Part shown: piece by piece, positions 18,911 through 28,247 of the stretch
Layout: each line of letters begins with the position of its first letter
How positions within the stretch are numbered: position 1 is the stretch's first letter
Origin: Clostridia bacterium
GTDB lineage: Bacteria > Bacillota > Clostridia > TANB77 > CAG-508
Length of the DNA: 64,000 bases
Assembly (NCBI GenBank): GCA_900759475.1
Contig: CAAEVK010000037.1
Coordinates: 2,080-66,079 of the forward strand
Reading direction: 5' to 3'
Made by a program: the position numbers and the translations under genes
Notes under the pieces: model-generated
Seen by the model: only the letters and a program-made list of their open reading frames with translations
Database searches by the model: none
What the model was told of the DNA's origin: nothing

Positions 18911-18986
18911 CGGGGTGTGGCTCAGTTGGTAGAGCGCGTGGTTTGGGACCATGAGGTCGCACGTTCGATCCGTGTCACCCCGACCA
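18911..18986 (+). tRNA. tRNA-Pro (anticodon TGG)
   Basis: Manual cloverleaf: acceptor CGGGGTG/CACCCCG, loop TTTGGGA, T-loop GTTCGATCC, encoded CCA. Confidence 0.9.
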
Positions 18987-19213
18987 TTTACAAGCAATTT
19001 TCATAGAATTGCAGAAAATTTAAAAAGAGTGAAAAGGGTATTAACGATAAGGTTTTCGTTGATACTCTTTTCTGTTAAATTTTAAAAAATCTTAAAAAAT
19101 TCTAATAAATTTTAATATTTTGTTTAGAAATTTATGTTCAGAAAAAATTTTATTCCAAACAAAAATGTTTAGAAAAAGTTCAGAAAAATATTCTTCCTAG
19201 AAAGGAAGTCAAA

Positions 19214-20136
19214 ATGAAAGAACTAGATTACTATAAATCAAATGAAACATTAAGTCATAAATATTATCAAATCCCACAAGAATTATTTGAAAGTTCTTTA
19301 TATAAAGATAATTTAAATTCTGATAGTAAAATATTGTATGCATTTTTGCTAGATAGATTATCTTTATCTAATAGAAATCATTGGGTAGATAATAATAATC
19401 GTATTTTTTTAATTTTTACAAGACAAGAAGTTCAAGAAAAATTAGGATTATCAGAAAAAACAGTAACAAAAGCGTTCAAACAACTATCAGATGTAAACTT
19501 AATTGAAGAAAAAAGGCAAGGATTAGGAAAACCTAATTTAATATATGTTGCTAAAATACAATATGAAGATAAAATGTTAGATACGGAAAAAGTACAAGTC
19601 TTGAACAGTAATTTTTACGGTTCTGTAGCAGTAGAAAATACAGTTCAAGAACAGGAGAATTTACAGGCAATCAATACTTATAATATCAAGACTAATATAA
19701 TCAATACTGATTCTATCAATCCTCAAAGTAATGAGAAATCTATTTCATTAAATAAAGTAAAAGAAAATGCAAACTAAATGAATTTACAAAAGAAGAACAA
19801 TCTATTTTAGAAGATGTAATTGATAGATTATATTATGCAGATAATTTAAAAGTGGGTAGTATAGTAATTACAAATTCTAAAATATTATCTAAACTACATT
19901 TAATAAATAAAAATAACTTAATTCAATTATTAAATATTATGAAGGCTAGTGGTAATATCAAAAATATAATTAATTATTTAATAATTTGCTTATATAATAA
20001 TTTAGGAAATGGCAATATAAAATTACTAAATAAAACTACTAATCCTGCTCGCGAATATGAAAGAAAATATCCCGATGGATTTTTCGACTGCTTATATGCT
20101 AACTTTCCTTGTGAGAATACAGTAGCATCTTCTTAA
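19214..20136 (+). pseudogene. RepA_N-family replication initiator, apparently split by a -1/+2 frame change near 19755-19777
   Basis: YYQIPQELFES...ILYAFLLDRLSLS...LIFTRQEVQEKLGLSEKTVTKAFKQLSDVNLIEEKRQGLGKPNLIYV is the RepA_N winged-helix region. The downstream frame is open from about 19757 (..KLNEFTKEEQSILEDVIDRLYY..) and has no good start of its own. Confidence 0.6.
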
Positions 20137-20139
20137 GAA

Positions 20140-20315
20140 TTTGCTATGGTATGAAGTTGCAAAGATATGCTCTATAGTGCAACTTCACTATAATTTATAA
20201 TGAACTTGTCATTATAAATTATAGCCTAAAAAGTGCAGTATGCAATTTTTAGGAAAGCCTCGCAGAGCACATTAGATAAGTTTTGAAAAAACTTGTCTAG
20301 TGTGTTAGACAAGAA
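20140..20315 (+). other. oriT region of the MobV relaxase (stacked inverted repeats; predicted nick in TAGTGTG/TTA)
   Basis: Perfect inverted repeats tgaagttgca/tgcaacttca and ctataatttataatga/tcattataaattatag, then tagtgtgtta at 20298-20307. This matches my recollection of the pMV158-family nick sequence (nick after 20304). Confidence 0.55.
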
Positions 20316-20356
20316 AATCATATCTCTTAGATTTGAGAAGGAGCAAAGAAGAATAT

Positions 20357-21583
20357 ATGAGCTATGCTATAATTAGAAATGAGAAACTAACTAGAGCACA
20401 AGCTATGGGAGCATATAAACATAACGAGAGAAAAACAAAAAATCATTCAAATAAGAATATAGATAGTAGTAAAACAGAACTAAATTATTATTTAAAGAAA
20501 AATGAATTAAGTTATATAAAAGAGTTTGATAAAATAAAAGAAAAATACGATTTAAAAGGCCAAATAAGAAGTAATAGTAATATAATGTGTGAAATGGTAT
20601 TTACATCTGATCAGAAATTTTTTGATGAAATAGGTTATGAAGAAAGTAAAAGGTATTTTAAAGAAAGTTTTGATTTTATCTGTAAATATAAAAATTTAGG
20701 GGAAGAAAATGTTATATCAGCAGTTGTTCATATAGATGAAGATACGCCACATATGCATTTGTTATTTATTCCAGTAGTTCATACAACAGATAAACAAGGA
20801 AATAAGATTGATAAAGTATGTTGTAGAGATTTTTGGAGAGGTAAAAACAGTTATAGAGATTTACAAAATTCTTATTTTAAACATGTTTCTGAAAAAGGTT
20901 TTGAACTAGAAAGAGGAGAATTAGTTGAAATAACTAATAGAGAACATTATTCTGTGCAGGAATTTAAGCAAATAACAAACTTTGAAAATACCAAAAATGT
21001 ACTAAAAAATATAACATTAGATTTACCAGAAATACCTAATATTAAAGATGTTAAAAAAGTCATACTTAATCGTGATGAGAAAATAGAAAATGCAATAATA
21101 AAACCTAGAGATGAACTAATCCAAAAGCTTTATCAAGAAAACAAGATATTGCATAAAGAATTGTCAAAACAAGTAAATACAGTAGATTTTGCTGAAAATT
21201 TCAAAGAAGATTATATAAGAATGGTAGAAAAAAGTACAAATCTAAAACTTTCAAATAGCTTATTACAAGAGAAACTAGAAAATAAAGAAAAAGAACTTGA
21301 ATTAAAGCTGGAAATTAAAACTTATGATATAGAACGTGAATATAAAAAAGAGATTCACAAATTAAAACAAGAAAATAAAAATTTAAATAAAATAATAGAT
21401 AAATTTAAAGTAACTTTAAAAAAATTTATTAAATGGATATGCCATAAGTTTTCATATTCATCTGAGAATGAACTTATACGAAAATTTGAAGAAGAAACAT
21501 ATACTAACTTTGATCTTGAAAAACAAGCCAATATAAACCAATTTCAAAAAAACGAATTAGATGATGAATATGAGATTGAATAA
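20357..21583 (+). CDS. MobV-family (Mob_Pre) relaxase
   Basis: GAAGGAG RBS before the ATG at 20357. MSYAIIRNEKLT...AYKHNER N-terminus and HIDEDTPHMHLLFIPV HxDE..PHxH motif; coiled-coil C-terminus. Confidence 0.9.
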   Translation: MSYAIIRNEKLTRAQAMGAYKHNERKTKNHSNKNIDSSKTELNYYLKKNELSYIKEFDKIKEKYDLKGQIRSNSNIMCEMVFTSDQKFFDEIGYEESKRYFKESFDFICKYKNLGEENVISAVVHIDEDTPHMHLLFIPVVHTTDKQGNKIDKVCCRDFWRGKNSYRDLQNSYFKHVSEKGFELERGELVEITNREHYSVQEFKQITNFENTKNVLKNITLDLPEIPNIKDVKKVILNRDEKIENAIIKPRDELIQKLYQENKILHKELSKQVNTVDFAENFKEDYIRMVEKSTNLKLSNSLLQEKLENKEKELELKLEIKTYDIEREYKKEIHKLKQENKNLNKIIDKFKVTLKKFIKWICHKFSYSSENELIRKFEEETYTNFDLEKQANINQFQKNELDDEYEIE

Positions 21584-21605
21584 AATTTAGAAGGGATATG
21601 ATAAT

Positions 21606-21944
21606 ATGGAAAATATAAAAAGATTTACTACTTTTTACGAAGATTGTAAAGATGAATTTATGGAATATTTAGATGGAGTAAGAATATACTTACAAAAAAA
21701 TAATAGTGAATTTAAAAATTTGCAAAAAGAATATACAAAGATTTTAGACAATAATGAAAAATTACAAAATATTTTATACGGAGATAAAGTAGAAACAGGA
21801 TTAACACCTATTGAATGTGATTTACTTTACAATGCAATAGAACTACAAGAAAAAATGCAAATTATGGCAGAAGAAGAATTATATTTTAAAGGCGGAATGG
21901 ATGCATATTATTATTTTAAAAGACTAGGAATTATAAAAGTATAA
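21606..21944 (+). CDS. hypothetical protein (element-borne)
   Basis: ORF with plausible spacing after mob; no motif recognised. Confidence 0.5.
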   Translation: MENIKRFTTFYEDCKDEFMEYLDGVRIYLQKNNSEFKNLQKEYTKILDNNEKLQNILYGDKVETGLTPIECDLLYNAIELQEKMQIMAEEELYFKGGMDAYYYFKRLGIIKV

Positions 21945-22101
21945 TATATTTTATAAAAAGTAAAACAAATATTATTTATTTTATATAGAGTTGAATAATA
22001 TCAAAATTTGGAAATTTATTCATTCTGATTTATACCCGTTTAGGAAAGGAATGGTAATAACTATGAAAGAGGTGGGATCAAAAGATTCCACCTCTAGTAT
22101 G

Positions 22102-23038
22102 TTACTGAAAAAGTTTTTTTACTGCCTGCCTATAAATATCCTTAATAATCTCGGTTCCTCCATCAACCAACTCAGTAAAAATGGTTGCACCAATTCCAGA
22201 ATTGATTTCAAGTACATACAGGCTCCCATCTGTTGTTTCGATAATGTCTATTGTGGCAAAGTTAATATTCATAGCTTTTCCAGCACGTATTGCAAGCTGT
22301 TCAATCTGTTCATAGAGCTCACCTTTTTCCAAAATATTAGGTTTAGCTCCTCCACTAAGATTGTGTTTCCATGAAATATCAACCTTTTCACCTGTTGTAG
22401 GAATATAGGTGAGATCCAAGTCCCTAAGATTGTCTTTTACAACACTCTTATCAGGCAAGTTTAATTCCTCTACCAGTTCCCCGATAGTAGATTTTCCGTT
22501 ACCTACAACAAAAGGTTTAGTTTTGCCATAAATCAGCTTTACTTCACCATCAAGATAAAAGGTTCTGTACTCTGTCTTGATATCGTAGTAAGGGCAAACA
22601 CTAACAGAGTTCTGCGTTTTGAAAAGTTTTTGAATAGCAGATTCAGTCTCTTTAACGCTGTGGCAAAGGAATACTCCCTGACCTTCACATCCATAGTTGG
22701 GTTTTACAACCAAACAACCATGCTTCAGAAACTCAGAAGTTACTGTTAACCAAATACCATCGTCTCCAATGAGTGACGCTCTGGTTGCAGGATTGAAAAT
22801 CATCACATGTTCGATGATAGGAACATTCTGAGAATTTAATACCTCATATGTTGCATACTTGTCACATGCAATGTCTCCTGTAGCTTCAGGATTAAGATCA
22901 AACCTTGTGCCTGTAACATGACGTACTTTGCCATCTTTTGAAAGTTGCAAAATCCAGCCATATGACAATTTTTTCCACCTTGATGCCCATTTCAGCACAT
23001 ACCTCGCGCATCAAAACATGAAATATCCGTTCTTCCAT
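22102..23038 (-). pseudogene. ATP-grasp ligase, decayed (A-run frameshift near 22970-22978; in-frame CGG at codon 4)
   Basis: The segment is visibly more GC-rich than its neighbours. The N-terminus MEERIFHVLMREVCAEMGIKVEK (ATG 23038, GGAG RBS) is in a different frame from the body (LSYGWILQLSKDGK...). Removing one A from gaaaaaatt joins them. The body has the ATP-grasp pattern (VVKPNYGCEGQGV, LEINSGIG). Confidence 0.6.
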
Positions 23039-23181
23039 AGTAAAAACTCCTTTCGTAATATGGATAATGTTTGATGACTTATTAAGTCGCTTACAATAAT
23101 ATTATACCACAATTCACATAATTTGTAAATGATTTCCAATAAACTTATTACTCTAAATGAAGAAATTTTATACTCATAAAA

Positions 23182-24459
23182 CTACTTATTTTTTATTATA
23201 TCAATAACTGTTCCATACGTATAAAAACTGCCAATGATGAAATTTGCTGTGCTCAAATCACTATTCATAGCCTCATCTATTGCGTCATCTAAACTCTTTT
23301 TATATATTTTATTAATATCAGCGAATTGTTTCATGCATTCATACAATTCGTCACTTGATGCATAAGTTTCTGAATTATTCCCTGAAGTTAAAATAAATAC
23401 AGCCTCTTTGTCCTCAGCAATTAATTTCAACATTTTATTGTAATCTTTTCTTTTTAATATTGAAATAATATAAACTCTTTTCATTTTTGTATAATACATT
23501 TTTATCATATCTTGCAAGTTTTTTATTGCGGGTTCATTATGTGCACCATCATAAATGATTATAGGTTTATCATTTATTTGTTCCATTCTGGCCCTATGTA
23601 TAACTGTTTTTAGTCCTATTTGAATACTTTCAGAATTAACATGATAACCTAATTCATTTAATATTTTAAATACTTCTATACATAAGCATGCATTTTGAAC
23701 TTGAACTCTTCCTTTTAGATTTATAATTATATTTTTAAAGTTTTTGTAATCAAAATATTGGAAATTATTATCAAAAGAATAATTGGAAATATCCGATTTA
23801 TTAATAATATGTAGAATATTATTTTTATTTTTACATTCAGTAATAAATACATTATCAATATCTGGTTCTTGATTAAATATTACTGTATTAGAATTTTCTT
23901 TTATAATTCCTGCTTTTTGATATGCTATTTCTGATAATGTATTTCCAAGTATGTGCATATGGTCATAACCAATTGAAGTAATAACACTTACGAGTGGATT
24001 ATTTATTATATTTGTACAATCATATAATCCTCCTAGTCCTGTTCCTAACACAACAAAATCGCATTTTTTTTCCTTAAAATATAAAAATGCCATTGTTGTT
24101 TCTAATTCAAATAATGTAACAGGTATATCGTTTTGTGAATTATATTTTTCTATTGAAGGATTAATTTTATTTATTAATTTCTCCATTTCAATATTACTAA
24201 TGTTATTATTATTTACACTTATTCTTTCATTATATTGTATTAAATGTGGACTTATAAATTTTCCTACAGTATACCCTTCCTTTATTAATACATTTGTAAT
24301 CATTTCTGTTACACTACCTTTTCCATTTGTGCCAGCAATATGAATTATTTTTAGCTCGTCTTCTGGATGTCTAAATTCCTCCATTAAAAATTTCATTGCT
24401 TTTAAACTTGGATTTTTAGTTCCTTTAAAAAAATTTGATAAATATCTTTCTATATCCAT
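23182..24459 (-). CDS. folC: folylpolyglutamate synthase/dihydrofolate synthase
   Basis: IHIAGTNGKGSV P-loop of Mur-ligase-family FolC, DHMHILGNTL, and a size of 425 aa. Confidence 0.9.
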   Translation of the reverse strand: MDIERYLSNFFKGTKNPSLKAMKFLMEEFRHPEDELKIIHIAGTNGKGSVTEMITNVLIKEGYTVGKFISPHLIQYNERISVNNNNISNIEMEKLINKINPSIEKYNSQNDIPVTLFELETTMAFLYFKEKKCDFVVLGTGLGGLYDCTNIINNPLVSVITSIGYDHMHILGNTLSEIAYQKAGIIKENSNTVIFNQEPDIDNVFITECKNKNNILHIINKSDISNYSFDNNFQYFDYKNFKNIIINLKGRVQVQNACLCIEVFKILNELGYHVNSESIQIGLKTVIHRARMEQINDKPIIIYDGAHNEPAIKNLQDMIKMYYTKMKRVYIISILKRKDYNKMLKLIAEDKEAVFILTSGNNSETYASSDELYECMKQFADINKIYKKSLDDAIDEAMNSDLSTANFIIGSFYTYGTVIDIIKNK

Positions 24460-24470
24460 TCTTTACGCTC

Positions 24471-25034
24471 CTATTCTAGATAACCTTTTACAATTAATGT
24501 TTTTTCAAGTTCATCTGTTCTTTTTAATATTGAAATCATTATTGGCTTAATATATAAATCTAAATTATTCAGTTTAAATTTATATCCTTTTGATTTAAGC
24601 GAATTCTTTGTTTGCTCTAATTCTTCACTTAATATCGGAATCATGCATAATGCTATTGATATTATAAGGCTAATATCTTTGACATTTATTTTAAAAATGT
24701 ATAATGGTTTTAAGATTATTTCTATTGTTTGTGCAAATTCTAAAATATCAAATGTAGTAGAAAAAATATAAGTAAAGTTATATGCAATTAAAATCCTTAT
24801 ACCTAAAACAATACCATCTTCAATACTTCCAAATATTATATTGATTATTGCAGTAAAAATTACTAATATCATTATTATTTTAATGTTCTTTAAAAAGGCT
24901 AAAAACTTTGCATTAAGCATTTTACTAATTACAAAATTAATTATTATATATATGCCAAGAATTCTATAATTTTTTAAACTAAATATAGCTATAATATATA
25001 TAACAAAAAATAATAATTTAAATATATTTTTCAC
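24471..25034 (-). CDS. ecfT: ECF transporter T component (CbiQ-family, short form)
   Basis: Polytopic membrane protein overlapping the ecfA stop by 4 nt. C-terminal cytoplasmic helix region (SLKSKGYKF...RTDELEKTLIVKGY) resembles the coupling helices. Confidence 0.65.
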   Translation of the reverse strand: MKNIFKLLFFVIYIIAIFSLKNYRILGIYIIINFVISKMLNAKFLAFLKNIKIIMILVIFTAIINIIFGSIEDGIVLGIRILIAYNFTYIFSTTFDILEFAQTIEIILKPLYIFKINVKDISLIISIALCMIPILSEELEQTKNSLKSKGYKFKLNNLDLYIKPIMISILKRTDELEKTLIVKGYLE

Positions 25035-25837
25035 GGATTACACACCTTTACAATTTTATCTATCATTTCTTGAATTGTCCATTCTTCTAAATTTATATTT
25101 TGTCCATTTTCCTTTAATCTCAAAATTATCTGAATGACATCAGGTATTCTTATATCACATTTTTGTAATACTTGAATATTTTCTAATAATTTGTTTTTTT
25201 CAATTACATGTTTAACTTTTTTATTCTCTAATATTAAAATTCTATCTGATAATAATATTTCATTGATATTATTTGTAACAAAAATGATTGTCTTTTTATG
25301 TACTCTTAATTGTTGAATTATTTGATAAATAGTATCCTTTTCTTTAGAGTCAATCATTGTAGTAGGTTCATCTAATAATATATACTTTGGATTTATAGCT
25401 AAAACACTAGCTATATTTATTCTTTGTTTCTGACCTAAAGATAGATTATATGTATTACTTTGCTCCTTATTACTTAAATTTACTTCATTAAGTGCATTTT
25501 TTATTTTTTCTTTTCTATTTTCTATTTTTAGATTTTTCAGTGCAAATTCTATATCATCAAATACTTTTGGAAAAAGTATTTGAGTCTCAGGACTTTGGAA
25601 AACTATACCCACTTCTTTTCTTAAATTTTTTCTTTTAAAAATATCTATATTATCTATAAAAATATTTCCTGATGAAGGTTTGATTATTCCCGCAATAAGT
25701 TTTAGAAGCGTAGATTTACCACATCCATTTTTACCAATTATACTTATAATCTCACCATCTTTTATTTGTAAATTTATATCGTTTAATATCATATCGTTTT
25801 TATTATACATATAACTTAAATTTTTTATTTCAATCAT
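25031..25837 (-). CDS. ecfA: ECF transporter ATPase component
   Basis: GKNGCGKSTLLKLIAG Walker A, LSLGQKQR signature, LLDEPTTMID Walker B. Overlaps both neighbouring genes. Confidence 0.9.
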   Translation of the reverse strand: MIEIKNLSYMYNKNDMILNDINLQIKDGEIISIIGKNGCGKSTLLKLIAGIIKPSSGNIFIDNIDIFKRKNLRKEVGIVFQSPETQILFPKVFDDIEFALKNLKIENRKEKIKNALNEVNLSNKEQSNTYNLSLGQKQRINIASVLAINPKYILLDEPTTMIDSKEKDTIYQIIQQLRVHKKTIIFVTNNINEILLSDRILILENKKVKHVIEKNKLLENIQVLQKCDIRIPDVIQIILRLKENGQNINLEEWTIQEMIDKIVKVCNP

Positions 25838-26384
25838 TTAATTTATTTTCCTTTACATTATTATTAAATAAATAAGTGTTTATTAATGGTCTTGTAAATT
25901 TTTCTATAACATATACTGTTATGACTTGGATTGGCAACATCACGACTTGAGTTATAATTCTACTTGCCATAATTGCAACATATGCTCTACCATATAATAT
26001 ATGTATCCAAAAGGATGTTATAAAAATATTTACACCCAATAATACTAATATACTACTAAAAATTAGTCTTATAATTAGTTTTTTATTTTCTAATTGCTTA
26101 CCTTTATTATGTAAAAATATTCCGTATATTGCTCCTGAAATTGTTGCACTTAAGGTAAACCCTGGGAAATATGGTCCAAAAGGAAACAAAATGGCTCCAA
26201 TAAGATCTCCTAACATCGCTATTAACATACTATATTTATATCCCAACCATATTGCAGACATCATAATAGGAATAAAACTTAAACTTATTACTAAAATTTC
26301 TGTTTTTATTGATACAAATCTTGAAAGTATTATTAATATAGCAAGTAGCATTGCCGATAATACTATTTTTTTTATTTTTGACAT
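25830..26384 (-). CDS. folT: folate-family ECF transporter S component
   Basis: 184 aa, six TM helices, with LGDLIGAILFPFGPYFPGFTLSATISGAIYG typical of FolT. A THF riboswitch lies immediately upstream. Confidence 0.8.
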   Translation of the reverse strand: MSKIKKIVLSAMLLAILIILSRFVSIKTEILVISLSFIPIMMSAIWLGYKYSMLIAMLGDLIGAILFPFGPYFPGFTLSATISGAIYGIFLHNKGKQLENKKLIIRLIFSSILVLLGVNIFITSFWIHILYGRAYVAIMASRIITQVVMLPIQVITVYVIEKFTRPLINTYLFNNNVKENKLND

Positions 26385-26425
26385 AAAAAACCCCTTTCCT
26401 TATAGAGTTTTCGCACTATAAAGAA

Positions 26426-26442
26426 AGAGGTTTTTCCTCTTA
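26426..26442 (-). terminator. riboswitch expression-platform terminator (agaggaaaaacctct + U-run)
   Basis: Hairpin plus ttctttat on the minus strand, between the aptamer and the folT start. Confidence 0.55.
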
Positions 26443-26460
26443 TTAAATCTTCTTTATAAT

Positions 26461-26550
26461 AGCGGAATGCGAAAATAAATAAGCGTTTTTCTACTTGCCT
26501 TAACAACAACTTCCCGTTTGTTAAGTCTTGACTATTTATTTTCTACTCTA
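26461..26550 (-). promoter_or_regulatory. THF (folT-motif) riboswitch aptamer
   Basis: The minus strand reads AGAGUAG...CGGGAAGUUGUUG...GCAUUCCGCU. This matches the conserved GAGUAG / GGGA(U/A)GU / GCAUCCGCU blocks I recall from THF riboswitches. It is followed by the terminator at 26426-26442 and the folT RBS. Confidence 0.7.
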
Positions 26551-26630
26551 TTTACATTTTATTTTAAACCTAGTTAAACATTAGTATAACATTAATATTT
26601 AATTTTTACTATATATCATTGATAGTATTT

Positions 26631-27737
26631 TTATTTATTTTTAATCATCCAATCATATAATTCTTCAGCAGTTATAATATTTTGTTTGAATTTTTTTATT
26701 TCTACTTGTGCAGATTTTTTCCATTTTTCAAAATCCTCTTTTAACTTCTTATCTTGTTTGTTTCTTGATACAGCATTAAATTTTTTATTATATGTTCTTC
26801 TATATTCTAATAATCCTGGAATATTTTCTAAATTCTTTTTATAGGTTTGTCCAGCTCCTTTGTTTCTGCAAGTAGTTCCATCTTTGTGTAAAAAATCACA
26901 ATAAATTTCATTCAATTTATTAGGAATAAAGTATCTGCCACAATTCTGACAAGTTCTTATTTGATCATTGTTTTGTATTAACTGACTCAATATAATAAAA
27001 AGTATATCTCCTAACTCGTTACTAGTATATATATTAGATACTTTAAGCATTGATATGTCATAAGATAAATCGGAAAGAACAGTATCAAAAGAAGAATTTT
27101 TATAATCTTCTGCTTTATCAGAATATGTGTAGTTAATTATATTTGTATTATTAATATATTTATATAAATTTGTTTTTTGTTTTATTATAGAAGCAATAAA
27201 TTTAGATTGTGTTGAATTATCTTTATATTCATTATTTTTATTTAAATTATATAAAAAATTTACAGCCTCTTTAAAATCTTTTTGAATAACTGATACACCA
27301 TTTTCAATATATTTATGAAAAGTTTTAAAATCTTCTAATAAAAGTCTTTCACTAGAATAGTTATCTTTAAGCTTAAAAGATTTTGAATATTCTCCTAATA
27401 GTTCTATTCCATAAGCATAATAAAAATTATCATATGAGTCTATAAAATCTGAAAAATCAGTATTTAAAAATCGTACTAGCATTAAACCTAATTTTTCAAC
27501 ATATGGTGTAAATCGTATAAAAGGCCATTTACTAATTTCTTGTTTTTTAAGTTTATAGTTAGCTATGCTATTAGTAGTCATTCTAGAAATGAGTTTAAGT
27601 TTAAGAAAGTCTTCTTTATCTACATTTTCTATTTCACCTAATAGAAAGTTAGGAGTCAAAATATATTCCTCTTTTTTGTCACTATTAAACCATATATAAA
27701 AACCTTCAAAACACATGTCGTCTGGTATTTTTTTCAT
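26631..27737 (-). CDS. element-borne zinc-ribbon protein (DUF6076-like by recollection)
   Basis: CQNCGRYFIP...YCDF...CRNKG cysteine cluster. Located next to xis/int, as is commonly seen in clostridial integrative elements. Confidence 0.6.
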   Translation of the reverse strand: MKKIPDDMCFEGFYIWFNSDKKEEYILTPNFLLGEIENVDKEDFLKLKLISRMTTNSIANYKLKKQEISKWPFIRFTPYVEKLGLMLVRFLNTDFSDFIDSYDNFYYAYGIELLGEYSKSFKLKDNYSSERLLLEDFKTFHKYIENGVSVIQKDFKEAVNFLYNLNKNNEYKDNSTQSKFIASIIKQKTNLYKYINNTNIINYTYSDKAEDYKNSSFDTVLSDLSYDISMLKVSNIYTSNELGDILFIILSQLIQNNDQIRTCQNCGRYFIPNKLNEIYCDFLHKDGTTCRNKGAGQTYKKNLENIPGLLEYRRTYNKKFNAVSRNKQDKKLKEDFEKWKKSAQVEIKKFKQNIITAEELYDWMIKNK

Positions 27738-27909
27738 TGAAACCTCCTTTGTGTAAAATTTTTGAAAGAATTATAAAATTGCTATTGACATTTTATAAAA
27801 TCTAGTATATAATCAATTTGCAATTTAATATAAGTACTTAATATTTTACACATCATATTTATATGATACACTAGTATCAAAAAAAAGTCAACGAGAGGAG
27901 GCAAAATTT

Positions 27910-28098
27910 ATGCAGAATTTACAAGAAATTAAACTTTACTCAACAAAAGATGTATGCGAATTATTGCATATAGGAAATGAAAAATGTTTGAAACTATTTC
28001 ATTCAGAAGATTTTCCAAGTATTAAAATAGGCAGAAAATTTTGGGTAAAAGCAGACTGTCTAAACGAATTTTTAAGTCATAAACAAATAATGGCTTAA
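27910..28098 (+). CDS. excisionase-family/MerR-like HTH DNA-binding protein
   Basis: GAGGAGG RBS. YSTKDVCELLHIGNEKCLKLF...FPSIKIGRKFWV pattern of Xis-type HTH_17 proteins. Directly upstream of the integrase. Confidence 0.7.
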   Translation: MQNLQEIKLYSTKDVCELLHIGNEKCLKLFHSEDFPSIKIGRKFWVKADCLNEFLSHKQIMA

Positions 28099-28247
28099 AT
28101 AGAAAGAAGACTTAAATATGGAACATTTAAATCTTCTAAACGAACAGGAAATACCCTGTCCAAAATATTTATAAAAGTATTATACACCTAAAATTCAAAT
28201 AGAGCAAGGGTATTTCCTTAATTTTTTTAGAAATGGAGGAAATATAC

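Noticed and set aside
21991-22374. Plus-strand ORF 21991..22374.
   Set aside because: It overlaps the 3' part of the ATP-grasp gene on the opposite strand and the terminator hairpin at about 22068-22096. No RBS or motif.
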